From Macrostomum lignano (Eukaryota): DNA of 64,000 nucleotides. Below, in pieces: positions 52,080 through 64,000 of the stretch (the first letter of the stretch is position 1; each line of letters starts with the position of its first letter). Both the position numbers and the translations under genes were made by a program. Location: positions 124,001 through 188,000 of the forward strand of contig NIVC01000085.1 of assembly GCA_002269645.1 (NCBI GenBank), given 5' to 3'. The notes beneath the pieces are model-generated. The model did not search any database and was not told the origin of the DNA. It was given only the letters and a program-made list of their open reading frames with translations.

Positions 52080-53595
52080 ATTGGAGATGAGTGGATAAAT
52101 CCACTGGCCAGGTTTAATGCTGCCAACTCAAATGCAAAACTTATATATATATCAATGCAGAATTTTCCTATACAACAAATAGGCTATTTTAATGTTGAAA
52201 TTTTCAAAATTAAGTCTGTTAAAAAAGCAGAAAACTGTTTTCTTAACCTTCTTTAGCCACTTTTTCTCATCTGAACTGAAAATTTCTATCAATTTCGAGT
52301 GATTGCGCCACAAATTTTTCCTATCTCAGAAGTGTATTTTCTCTCCCAGTGGGGGATAGGTGCATTCTAAGTGGCTGCGTGTGTACACTTGGACCCTTGC
52401 TAACTGGCGGACACTGAAATTCAATGCATAAACTTGCAAGCCTCTCACTATAGCAGGCAGTGAAAAGTGAATGTACACTAAAAATTCAATGCTTTAAACT
52501 GGGAAATTTCAAACAAACTATTCCTTGAGTTTTGAACTTTGAGAGAAGACTTATATTGCTGGAAAGATCTTTCAATGCTGATATAAGTTGCTTGCTTAAG
52601 TATAAAAAATAAAAGCATAGCATTTAAAAAATGATTTACTATAGTTTCAACTTTCTGCAAAGATTGTACTTATTTTTGCAAGATGCAATTTATACATTTG
52701 GGGGCTTCAACTTTTAACTGCCACAGTGTATTTGAAGGTTGATTTAGATTGCGCAATCATTTTGTTAACTTTAACTGAGCCTGATACTGACTGTCTGAAA
52801 AATTGGTTTTGCAATTAATTGGTTCAATGGGTTCAATTTTTATTATTGGCACCTTTTAACAGGCAGCACTATGCAGCCTTAACCTTAACCACTGAATCCT
52901 TTTCTTTGCATATACTAAAGCCAGACAAAAAAGTGTATTTAATACACTCCAATTTATTAGACTCTGTTGATTAAATTAATAAATTTTTGCTTGAAGGAGA
53001 TATTGATAGATATTCATTAAACAGAGTAAATTTTGATGAATATTGATTTTACAGAGAGGATTTTGATAGAGTTCTGTTTCACAAAGAGGATTTTGATAGA
53101 GTTCTGTTTCACGGAGAGGATTTTGATGGAGTTCTGTTTCATGGAGAGGATTTTGATAGATTTAAGTTTCACAGAAAGGATTTTGATGAATTTCTATTTC
53201 ATGGAGAGGATTTTTAGGGCTTTCTATTTCATTGAGAGGATTTTTATAGATTTCTGTTTCATAGAAAGGTTTTTGATAGATTTATGTTTCACAAAGAGGA
53301 TTTTAGGGCTTTCTGTTTCACAGAGAGAATTTTGATATATATCTGCTTCACGGAGAGAATTTTGATGAATATCTGTTTGACTAAGAGAGTTTTTATGAAT
53401 AACAAACCTATTTGAAAGAGAAGATTTTTATGGATTTCTATTTCATGAAGAGGATTTTGATGGATTTTAGAGAGGACTTCTAGACTTGGATAATAGGATT
53501 TGGGTTATAGTCATAGGATTCAGCTGATGGATTCCGGTGACGGTGATTAGGTGATATAAGTTCTTCCCCTTTCTCCTCCAATAGAGGAGTTGGCC
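52080..53595 (+). mobile_element. degenerate dispersed element, copy 2, with an internal 30-bp minisatellite (53035-53460)
   Basis: See matches under copy 1; array unit TTTCACAGAGAGGATTTTGATAGATTTCTG. Confidence 0.65.
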
Positions 53596-54289
53596 TCTGC
53601 TTTGATATGCCTATGGCTAAATGTTAACCATAAGCTATAGTTTTGTTATTAAGAATTTTATACCATTTTTTTAACACAAAGTTGTGACTTGTGTTTCCTA
53701 TTTATATACTAGATTTACATATGATAGTAGATGTATGCTAGCTAGGCTTTGGCTTTGCTTGTATGTTGGAATTGGAACTGCTGGTATGTTTGTAATGTGT
53801 TTAATTCATATTCTGCAATATAGAGAATAATAAAAAGGCTCAAAAATGAACATATTTGGCTTTTATGCTACAAACTGAATTAGATTCATTTCTATATTAT
53901 AAGCATAATTCAACAAACTGCAGTTTCAATTTTGCATATTTTTTATCAGCCAGTTTTGAACACACAATTTTTGCATCACAATGAGCAAAATATAAGGTGA
54001 TCATAAACAGAAACTGGCAAAATAGAACGTGATAGTAGAGATTGCTACTACTAAAGTTATATTACTGCAGCATCTACATTATACGATACTTATTTTGAAA
54101 GCCTGCAGACAGCTGTGTCTGCTTCTAAGAAATTTCAGATTCAAACTTACGCGACAGATTTCGAAATTTACATGTTATAGTTATAACAATTTATTAATCC
54201 TAAAAAAAAATAACAAGAAATAATAATCGTAAACCATCACCTCATTTTACTAGCACTAGAAGTATATAAAGCTTAGCATCTTGCATTGC

Positions 54290-55190
54290 TTTACTTATTG
54301 TTATTGTTACTTATTGTTATTTATTGTTATTGTTACTTATTGTTTTGTCTCGCATAGAGACGCCTAACCGCAGTCACTCCTGTGAAACTTGTCTCTGCCT
54401 GGCTGAAAGCTTGTAATGAGTGAGTAGGCTGGGTTGGAGGGTAATAGTGGATCGGGAAGGGCTGTGGGTAGCTGTATAGGAAGGCAGGCCTATACCTGTA
54501 CCAAGGTGCTCTGATGGTATCCCTCAGGCGCCCTCTGAGTGTACAGCCAGCGACCCTATTAAAGCTGGAGTGTGCCAGAACCAGGACTGAGTCTGAGCAG
54601 GACGAGACCGTTGGCACGGTCACTATAAAAATGGCGGGTTGGCGAAACAAAGGGTGAAATAGTCCCGGCGAATAGCCCTCCTGCCGCTTCAAAGATAAGA
54701 GACTGTCTGGCAAGAGTACCCGGGGTTTAGTTGGGGGGGGAGGCTCCTTCGGGTGGCCACGGCCGTGGGGGCGGTCTTATGACCGGTGTTTTGGCCTTTC
54801 TAACCCAGGAGAAGGCACGGGCTCCCCTGAATGGTTCTCTCTTCCCCCTAGCTCTAGCCTCGGGGAGGTTTATGATTTGTACCCGGGGGTGGTGGGCGGT
54901 CGGCCCCAGCATGGTAGCCACGGCTCTAGAGTCTAGGCCTTCGGGCCATCCCTAAAAGCCTTGGGTCTATCTAATCTGGTTTTTGGGCACGGGCTTCCTG
55001 ACTGGTATGTCGTTCCGCTGTCACTGTCCCCCGGGGAGGTTTGGTTTTTTTGATACAGCCCTGTACAGTCCTCTATAGTCTAACTTGGCTTTTAGTGTAC
55101 ATTAGTACACTCCCTATCAGGAAACTCATTCCCCCCATGTCTAGTGGCGTAAGAGCCTATTTCAATGGCTGAGGCGCCGGAGTACTTATT
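54290..55190 (-). mobile_element. unclassified GC-rich insert ending in an (AATAAC)n-type tail; possible SINE or retroelement 3' fragment
   Basis: (TTATTG)n tract 54290-54345 abuts about 850 bp of GC-rich sequence in an AT-rich context; internal diverged duplication of about 170-190 bp. Confidence 0.4.
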
Positions 55191-56884
55191 TAGTTAGTTA
55201 GTAGTTGCTTTACTTATAGAGACAAATTATCGTGCAAAAATTTCAACTTGCGCGGATTTAAGTTCAGCAGTTTCATAGAAAATATTCGCTAAAGTCAACA
55301 ACAAAGATAAATTATTTGTTATTTATTAGCAAACAAAAAATATGTGGATTATTAACTCGTATTGGCTAAACTGTAGTCTACTTTTATCATTAATCATCTT
55401 TTTTAACTTATTTGTCTTATGATTGCTATGCATCATGTTCCAAAGGCAAAGGGCAGGGAATGCTTTAACCTTTGTGCATCAGTGCGTTTTGTAATTTGTA
55501 GCCTACTATGCCATGCTTGTACACCTTACCTTACCTTGTCTAGTCTGTTTACTGTACTTTTGTTCTCTCTAATTGCCTTTTATACCCATCCACCCTCCAC
55601 TTGTAAATTGTGAATATGAATTATAGCTAATGTAACAAATATTCAAATAGTTCTTAACCTTCTTTAATTTATAACTAAGTGACATCCTGGCCTATTGCAG
55701 TACATGGCTAATGGCTTAACTGCGCCAGACATCTACACTAAATACACTTAAAAAACTAGCCCAAGACCAAGGGGTATCATTTTTTATATATACTAAGCCC
55801 TATAAATAATGAAGTTCTAGCTCTAGCCTATAGGGCTATAGAACAGTGCTATATAAGCAATAGGTGAATATATAAGCAATATGGGGCATATGGTTAGCCA
55901 AATTGTTTCTGTTGGAAAGTGTAGCCTACTATAGAATTGGCAAAAATTATATAGAGTTTAAGGAAACAACAAATTTAATTGTGATTCTAATAGGAGTCAT
56001 AGGACTTCCAATTTAACAGTTTGGATTGTTAGTATAGGATGATTTTGCAATAGTGGGGTATAAATCTAGATTTAAAACTATTATTATTAAGCATGACAGG
56101 CTGAAATAACTTAATATAATATGATATATGTGAATCATACATATTGCTTTAGGTAGGGGCCTTCATATAGATCCCCAATAAGTCCCTTCTTATGTGCTTG
56201 CAAATATTCTCAACTCTAGAGACTATTAGCAGTCCTCAACATTCAACTATGTGTTTTGATGGGATAAATGACCTATTTGCATAGATTGAATAGTTTTATA
56301 CCAGACTTCTAGTGTGTATTAAGGTTGTATGAGTATACTTTTATACCACATGTGATAGGGACCCTTATGTACTAGAATTTTAAATGGCAAAGGCCACTTT
56401 CTAGACTATATGATAAAATTCTTTTCAGAAAACTGCCATCTTTTAGACTTAAGAATTTCTATGAATAGCATAGTCAAGTATGGTTAATATAGTACTTTTT
56501 TAATGTGTATAGAATAATTAGTTATATATCTAAAATAGTTTTATCATCTTGGCTATCTTTGGCCCACTTATATAATAAAATATTTTGATTCTAAACAACT
56601 AATAAAATTTTTTGGCTATGCCTCTTCCTAATAGGCTAATAGCCTACTTGCAAATATTCTAAAACTAATACTTAGGAGTAGACAAGCACTCCTGTAGTCT
56701 AAATTTGTGATTAAGTCATTTCCCATAGCAGTAAATTATGATTATACTACTTTAAATTTTGCGCTATTTGGCTCTCTGATTCTCAAAAAACCTAATCCTT
56801 TAATGTCAATATCAAGCCAAATGTTACTTGAATCAATGCTTTGATTTATCTAATGCTGTCTATCAGTATAAAAAAAGCAAGAAA

Positions 56885-57517
56885 ATGATGTCAGAAAACA
56901 ACATGACAGTGATAGCATTGGAAAGTGACTCTGAATCAGGTCCTGATTCTCAGCAGCCAGCCAAGCAGGACTTGAGCAGTCAACAGCAGCCAGCACTGCT
57001 GCCAACATCTTCCATTGAAGCAGCTGGTAGCTCAGCCCTGCCCAACTCCAATCCCGAATGGATGCAGCATTGGTCCGAGACGTTGCGTTACTCGTCTCAA
57101 AGCGGCAGATTTGCCGAATATGGCTCATCGTCGTCTGCAGCCCTGGAAGCTGCTGGCGCATCGGGTGGAGCTTCATTGGTATCGGCTCTCACTGGAGCTG
57201 GCGCTACCAGCTCCAATGCTGACTTGGCCGGACATCTGGAGGGCGGCGCTTCCGAAGAGGAGGAGAAACTGCGCCTGGTGACCCAGATTGCTGAGCTGCA
57301 GTCCACGCTTGACGATTTGAGCCAACGAGTTGAAACTGTTAAAGAGGAGAATCTCAAACTTAGCAGCGAGAATCGGATTCTCGGGCAGTACATTGAGAAC
57401 TTGATGGCCGCCAGCTCCGTGTTCGCTGCGGCCACTGCAGACGGGGACGCCAGTCCCAAGGCCAGGAAAAGGGGACAAGGCGGGCATTCCGCTCGGAGAT
57501 ATAACAGGCCTCAGTGA
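56885..57517 (+). CDS. SCOC: short coiled-coil protein (SCOC) with a long Ser/Ala-rich N-terminus, 210 aa
   Basis: [57 protein letters not shown] is the SCOC family coiled coil. First ATG at 56885; single exon. Confidence 0.92.
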   Translation: MMSENNMTVIALESDSESGPDSQQPAKQDLSSQQQPALLPTSSIEAAGSSALPNSNPEWMQHWSETLRYSSQSGRFAEYGSSSSAALEAAGASGGASLVSALTGAGATSSNADLAGHLEGGASEEEEKLRLVTQIAELQSTLDDLSQRVETVKEENLKLSSENRILGQYIENLMAASSVFAAATADGDASPKARKRGQGGHSARRYNRPQ

Positions 57518-57589
57518 TAGCTGTTCAGGTAGTCCGGTTGCACTGACTGCCACTGCTTGGTTGGGACTTTTTTATCTGAGCTATGGTTT

Positions 57590-58620
57590 ATATCCTCAGA
57601 TCCTCAGTTTTTGGGCCAGCCTCCCAGATCCTCAGTTGCTGGGCCAGCCTCCAAGATCCTCAGCTGCTGAGCCAGCCTCCCAGATCCTCAGTTGCTGGGC
57701 CACAAGCCTACCAGATCCTCAGTTGCTGGGCCACCAGCCTCCCAGATCCTCAGTTAATGGGTCACCAGCCTACCAGATCCTCAGTTGCTGGGCCACCAGC
57801 CTACCAGATCCTCAGTTGCTGGGCCACCAGCCTACCAGATCCTCAGTTGCTGGGCCACCAGCCTCCCAGATCCTCAGTTGCTGGGCAACCAGCCTCCCAG
57901 ATCCTCAGTTGCTGAGTCAGCCTCCCACATCCTCAGTTTCTGGGCCAGCCTCCCACATCCTCAGTTGCTGACCAGCCTCCCAGATCCTCAGTTGCTGAGC
58001 CAGCCTCCCAGATCCTCAGTTGTTGGGCCAGACTCCCAGATCCTCAGTTGCTGAGCCAGCCTCCCAGATCCTCAGTTGCTGGGCCAGACTCCCAGTTCCT
58101 CAGTTGCTGAGCCAGCCTCCCAGATCCTCAGTTGTTGGGCCAGACTCCCAGATCCTCAGTTGCTGGGCCAGCCTCCCAGTTCCTCAGTTGCTGGGCCAGG
58201 CTCCCAGATCCTCAGTTGCCGGGCCAGCCTCCCAGATCCTCAGTTGCCGGACCAGCCTCCCAGATCCTCAGTTGCTGGGCCAGCCTCTCAGATCCTCAGT
58301 TGCTGGGCCAGCCTCTCAGTTCCTCAGTTGCTGAGCCAGCCTCCTAGATCCTCAGTTGCTGGGCCAGCCTTCCAGTTCCTCATTTGCTGAGCCAGCCTCC
58401 CAGATCCTCAGTTGCTGGGCCAGCCTCCCAGATCCTCAGTTGCTGGGCCACCAGCCTCCCAGATCCTCAGTTGCTGGGCAACCAGCCTCCTAGATCCTCA
58501 GTTGCTGGGCCAGCCTCCCAGATCCTCAGTTGCTGGGCCAGCCTCCCAGATCCTCAGTTGCTGGGCCAGCCTCCCAGATCCTCAGTTGCTGGGCCAGCCT
58601 CCCAGATCCTCAGTTTTTGA
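57590..58620 (+). repeat. 28-bp minisatellite (GATCCTCAGTTGCTGGGCCAGCCTCCCA)n downstream of SCOC
   Basis: About 36 units including 31-bp GGGCCACCAGCC variants. Confidence 0.96.
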
Positions 58621-60633
58621 GCCAGTATCGCAGATCCCCAGCTTGGCCGCCGCTACTCACCCAGATTCGAAGAAATTGGTTGTAAAATTTATTTTGTGCT
58701 TTTCGGTTTCGCACTTTGTCATTGGTTTTCGGGTACTTTTTCAGGCATTTTCTGCGGTTTTTAATTGCAGAGATTTTTTATCGTAATTATGATTATTTAG
58801 ACTATTATACTGTCATCTCAGAATCCAATAGCGTTTTTTATTCACATCTTTTTTGTTATATTGTACCAATATTTTCCTAAGCAATGTTTCCTTGGTTGAT
58901 ATTATTAAAATATTCCTACTATAAGTAGTGTGATTCATAATAAAGTTTAAAATAATTTTGTCTCAAAAGCAGCGCGATTTAGTGAATCAAAATTTATTTA
59001 CGATTCGTAAATTATTTTTTTGTCCGTCTTTAAAACATTCCGTTACCATAATTTCAAAATTCATTCCATTGTGATTTACGAATTCAATTTCGTTGTCTGT
59101 TGTTGTTCATTTAGGATGCAGATCTGTTACTGCTATTTATACCAGACGTAAAGTGCATTGTTTAAAATTAAATACTACTTCAAATGAATGGCTTACAATG
59201 TCCGTCGTCTCTGTATAATGATATTAAATTAAATTGAAATAAAAATGCAAGTTGTTTAATTCTTGTTTGGTGCTTTAGTTTATTTTTTCGGTTTAAGCTA
59301 GATGATTAATTATGTCAACACTAATCAGCGGATTAAAACCGTTTTGTTTTACCTGGAGCTTCTAAAGTTTAGCGTCACTTTAAGAGTTTTATTTTCTAAG
59401 TTCTAACCATACTATTATTGATTAATGTATTCGCTAATTAATGACATGATTATATCAGCAGACATTAGCAGATTCTTTTAATTTAATCCACTAAGTATTT
59501 TAATAAATGCTCCTAAAAAACCTGCTGTGTTAAATTCTAAAATGAAAAAAGCCTTATTGTCCACCTCTGTCCTGTTCTTTGATCTGTCATACTCATGACT
59601 AGTGTCGGCCTTGCCCAGAGCTTGGGGTGTCCAAAATTTCGGACAGACAGTCCGTGTTTATTAAAGCTCTCTAAACTTCCACATATTTCTTTCCTTCACT
59701 GAACTGAAACAGCCAAGCTCTTTCGGCTGTGTTCTGCACCGTTCTTATAATTTTTCTTACCCTCTCCTAGGCCAGGCTGGACTGTCTGGAAAACCCCACC
59801 ACCCCACTAGCCGGGCACGATGTTGAACTAGAATGTACATTCCCAATGTACATAGGTCTGTCCGGGGCCTGGCCCCAGCCGTCAATTAGCTCACGCGCCC
59901 CGGCCGCCAAGCGAGGGACGGGCTTGGCCGCTATCTCGTTTTATGACTCTGTACGTTCCAATTTGCAAAGCTCTAGTAGCTTCGCTATTATTTAATTGAC
60001 CGAACCGTTTCTCGCGGACAAGCCCGGCCGAAAGCCTCCAACCGCTCCATTTTTCTGTCTATAGTATATTTCGTCTTCATTCAAGCTCCACTTAGATTGT
60101 CTATGGTCGTACTGTTTTTGCTTGCTTCCCAATATCGATTCGTTCAACTAACCGCTTTTAACCAGCCAATTCTAAGCAGTTCTTATTACTCTTAGCACTT
60201 TTTTGGCCGAGCGACCGAGAGCCAAGAAGAACCGCGTCATAAAACAATTTTTAAAGCCCCCCCGGCCTTAGCCAAAGAGAGGAAGTCAAAGATACTTAGC
60301 CAAAGAACGGTTTGTAATAATATAATCGTCCAGTGGTATTGTCCATAATTTGGATCTGCGATTCGCTAGACATTTCCTTGAAATCCCGCGAGAGATTCGA
60401 TTCAGTAGAAAATCCGGTCTCGAGGATCGCTTCTCGGTGGCTTAGCGATTTGGCTTGAAAGAGTTAAATTTGCCCAGCGCCCACCAACCGCGGCCGTAAT
60501 TTTGACGGTACTGTTTCTTATTCTTGCGAAGTCGTAAAAATCGACTGCGTTTAAGTAAGTAAATCAACGAGATAAGATTAGATCGCCTTTGTGAGAGAGA
60601 ATCGGCCAAGAACTACATCATCGACAAATTGGT

Positions 60634-62283
60634 ATGGACGACGAAAACTTGCCCAGTCATCCAAAAAAGCAGAAGACAGCAGAAGCAGAAGACTCTGTTG
60701 TTCCTAATCAAGCTCAATCTCGTGTAGGAAAGCCGCGTCCTTTGAATCGCGAATACGCCTCACCAATGCACCGGCGCATGCTGTTAAAGCGTGCCTTCGA
60801 TGACGTCATCACCTACGGCATCTCCGTTCGATTGGCCGCCGAGACGCACGGCGTTGCCAAGTCGTCACTGGCCGATTTTATTCGACGCCAAAATATTCGA
60901 CTGCCAAATAATAGGCGGCATTCTTCTGCTGCTGCCGCTGCTGCCTCCGCCTCACTCACCTGCACTGCCGATCCAAATTATGTAAGTTTTCATCCCAATC
61001 ATCCTCTTTTCTTTGAGATCCCACCTAGAACCCCATCCTCTCTCTGAGATCCCACCTAGAACACATCCTCTCTCTGAGATCTCACCTAGAACCTCTTTGA
61101 GATCCCACCTAGAACCCATCCTCTGAGATCCCACCTAGAACACCCATTCCTCTCTGAGATCCCACCTAGAACACCCATTCCTCTCTGAGATCCCACCTAG
61201 AACACCATTCCTCTCTGAAAACCCACCTAGAACCCCATCCTCTCTTTGAGATCCCACCTAGAACCCCATCCTCTCTGATATCCCACCTAGAACACCATTC
61301 CTCTCTGAGAGATCCCACCTATAACCCCATCCCTTCTGAGATCCCACCGTCCTAGAACCCTATCTTCTCTCTGAGATCCCACCTAAACCCTATCCTCTCC
61401 CAGAGATCCCACCTAGAACCCCATCCCCTCTGAGATCCCACCGTCCTAGAACCCTATCCTTCCCCAGAGATCCCACCTAAAACCCATCCTCTCTGAGATC
61501 CCACCTAGAACCCATCCTCTCTGAGATCCCAACTAGAACCCATCCTCTCTCTGAGATCGCAACTAGAACCCCATCCTTTCTGAGATCGCAACTAGAACGC
61601 ATCGTCTCTGAGATCCCACCTAGAACCAATCCTCTCCGAGATCCCACCTAGAACCAATCCTCTCCGAGATCCCACCTACCACCAAGAACCCCTCCTCTTT
61701 CTGAGATCCCACTGAGAGAACCCAATCTCAAAGATAGATCCCACATCTCAGAACCCATCGCACAAAATATCCACCTTCCTGCAACACCGCCTCCCAGAAG
61801 CAGACTATCGCAATATCTGAGCTTGCAATTCCTCCATATTTCAACTCTCAGGCCGCTCCATCTCCAGCATCTCTGCCGTCGCCAGGCTGTTCAACGGCCT
61901 CTGATAACCAGCAGCAAATTCAGTCAGCTGATAGCGGCCTATCTGCCCCTGTCAGTTCCGGTGCAGGTGTCAATTCAGCATTAGTAGGAGGAGGAACCGG
62001 TCACTGCCGTCAATGGCTGCAGAACGGCTTACCAACTTTGGTGCCCTGGTATTCCAGTTCGGCCTCGTGGAATGTCAAAGACTCATCGCGTCGTAATAGC
62101 CATAGACTGCCTTCTGCCGACGCTGCGTCCGTAACTACAAAAGTTGAAAATGAAATCTCGGATCATTCGCAACTAATTGCCAGTGCATCCGAGCTGCTTG
62201 TAGGATCTGTTGTTAAAGAAGAGCCGCAAGTTGTCGATACGATGTCTTTATTATCCGACTATAGCGATGGAGCTCAAGTATGA
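60634..62283 (+). CDS. pipsqueak-type helix-turn-helix (HTH_psq) protein, about 259 aa if terminated at 62283
   Basis: Exon 1 60634-60981 (LKRAFDDVITYGISVRLAAETHGVAKSSLADFIRR, psq-like HTH; donor GTAAGT). Exon 2 from 61852 (acceptor tttcaactctcag) is open in phase 0 to TGA 62281-62283. Confidence 0.7.
61010..61730. repeat. about 29-bp minisatellite (GAGATCCCACCTAGAACCCCATCCTCTCT)n, psq-gene intron
   Basis: Direct reading. Confidence 0.92.
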
Positions 62284-62624
62284 GTTTTCTGTACTTAACT
62301 TAGTCGATTGTTTTCAATATGTGGACATTGATAATGAAAGTTTCACACAGATGTCTATACGCCCAATCTTAAAGTTACAATAAAGGACATTGACACCTAT
62401 TGTTGCTGTTGTTGTGGAAAAATTAGCTTAAGCTTACTCAGCTCTAATCGGTCATTAAACAGAATCGCACAATAACCTCATGTATTTTTTCTTATCCTCT
62501 TTATAACGATGGTGCATGGTCTGGGGTGAATTTCCTGTGTGTCTGTATGAATTGTCTTAGGAAGTTATACTCAAAAAGTGATTTGGTTATAATCTAATCT
62601 TAAAAAAAACTAAAGTTAACAGAA

Positions 62625-63340
62625 TAACAACAAACAAACACGAGTAGAGACACGCGGACAAACACGAGAAGAGACAAGCAAACAAACATGAGAAGAGACA
62701 GGCAGACAGACATGAGAAGAGACAGGCAGACAAACACGAGAAGAGACAGGCAGACAAACACGAAAACAGACAGGCAGACAAACACGAGAAGAGACAAGCA
62801 AACAAACATGAGAAGAGACAGGCAGACAGACATGAGAAGAGACAGGCAGACAAACACGAAAACAGACAGGCAGACAAACACGAGAAGAGACAAGCAGACA
62901 GACATGAGAAGAGACAGGCAGACAAACACGAGAAGAGACAAGCAGACAGACATGAGAAGAGACAGGCAGACAAACACGAAAACAGACAGGCAGACAAACA
63001 CGAGAAGAGACAAGCAGACAGACATGAGAAGAGACAGGCAGACAAACACGAGAAGAGACAAGCAGACAGACATGAGAAGAGACAGGCAGACAAACACGAA
63101 AACAGACAGGCAGACAAACACGAGAAGAGACAGGCAGACAGACATGAGAAGAGACAGGCAGACAGACAGACATGAGAAGAGACAGGCAGACAAACACGAG
63201 AAAAGGCAGACAAACACGAAAACAGACAGGCAGACAAACACGAGAAGAGACAGGCAGACAAACACGAGAAGAGACAGGCAGACAAACACGAGAAGAGACA
63301 GGTGGAACAATACAGGTAGACAGACAGGCTAGCAGACAAA
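62625..63340. repeat. 24-bp minisatellite (GACAGGCAGACAAACACGAGAAGA)n
   Basis: Direct reading; (AGAC)-derived unit. Confidence 0.94.
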
Positions 63341-63397
63341 CAGCGTAATTGTTAGATAGGCTCGTATTCTAAAAAAATGAGGTCATAAAAATTCCAG

Positions 63398-63715
63398 ATG
63401 AGCACCAGCTCCGCTCCATCTGTCGCCGCCGCCGCTGCAGCCGCCTGGAAAACGGCGGATCTGTCCCAGCAGCTGTGCGAGTTTGTCAACCGGTCTCCAT
63501 CGCCGTTCCACGCTGTAGCCGAGTCCCGGCGAATGCTCGAAGCCGCCGGGTTCGCCCAACTGCGGGAGGATCAATCCTGGTCTCTGCGGCCGAATCAGAA
63601 AGGCTTTGTTACTCGCAATGGGTCAACTATTTTTGCTTTCGCTACTGGCGGAAAATGGAAGCCGGGCAATGGCTTCAGCATTGTGGGGGCGCACACCGAC
63701 TCGCCGTGTCTGAGG
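63398..63715 (+). CDS. DNPEP: aspartyl aminopeptidase (M18 family), first coding exon; gene continues beyond the window
   Basis: [12 protein letters not shown], GFx[33 protein letters not shown] (metal-ligand His); phase-0 donor GTGAG at 63716. Confidence 0.95.
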
Positions 63716-64000
63716 GTGAGAGGAGGGTGGGACGTGGGAGGAGGGTATGGAAAGGAGGGTGAGGAGAGGGTAGGGAAAGGAGGGTGAGGAGAGGGTGGGG
63801 AAAGGAGGGTATGGAAAGGAGGGTGAGGAGAGGGTTGGGGAGGAGGGTGGGGAAATGAGGGTGAGAAGAGGGGGGTAAGGAGAGGGTGGGGAGAGGAGGG
63901 TGAGAGGAAGGTGGGGAAAGGTGGGTGAGAGGAGGGTAGGGAGAGGAGGGTGGGAGGAAGGTGGGTGAGAAGAGGAAGGTGGTGAAAGAAGGGTGAGAGG
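63716..64000. repeat. GA-rich repeat (GAGGGTGAGGA-type), DNPEP intron
   Basis: The first unit overlaps the splice donor. Confidence 0.88.

Noticed and set aside
56850-57553. Overlapping antisense and alternative-frame ORFs at SCOC; similar ones over ATG14, anoctamin and DNPEP exons
   Set aside because: Shadow ORFs expected from GC-rich coding sequence.
27005-58620. CRISPR-like appearance of 27-33 bp repeat arrays
   Set aside because: Units are contiguous with no unique spacers, there are no cas genes, and the context is eukaryotic and intron-rich.
58640-58670. GTGAGT donor on the - strand as a distant 5' exon of ATG14, nesting SCOC in an intron
   Set aside because: A single donor word with no other support; kept only as a possibility for RNA-seq to test.

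Overview
Eukaryotic (metazoan) genomic DNA with spliced genes whose introns and 3' flanks hold about 30 different micro/minisatellite arrays. The repeat landscape and codon style resemble the flatworm Macrostomum, but this is inference, not a database result. Six protein-coding genes can be assembled by hand: (1) MINDY3/FAM188A deubiquitinase (+, 5 exons, two apparent 1-nt deletions in the last exon); (2) a complete 16-exon anoctamin, ANO7-like (+); (3) ATG14-like (-, 3 exons); (4) SCOC (+, single exon); (5) an HTH_psq-domain protein (+, 2 exons); (6) the first exon of aspartyl aminopeptidase DNPEP (+). Mobile DNA includes a 5'-truncated non-LTR retrotransposon interrupted by an 800-bp TIR element, a small TA-flanked MITE, a tRNA-derived SINE-like head and a degenerate ~2-kb element present twice in inverted orientation. 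Nearly all long ORFs in the supplied track are translations of tandem repeats. The most striking observation is a 29-bp intronic array whose unit is a TCF/LEF HMG site directly followed by a C-clamp Helper site (CCTTTGATGT-GCCGCCA), resembling a natural multimerised Wnt-response element. Other leads: a kappaB-like array, a possible psq-DNPEP fusion or operon, a divergent ATG14/SCOC autophagy pair bracketed by inverted copies of one minisatellite, and arrays built from splice-signal words.
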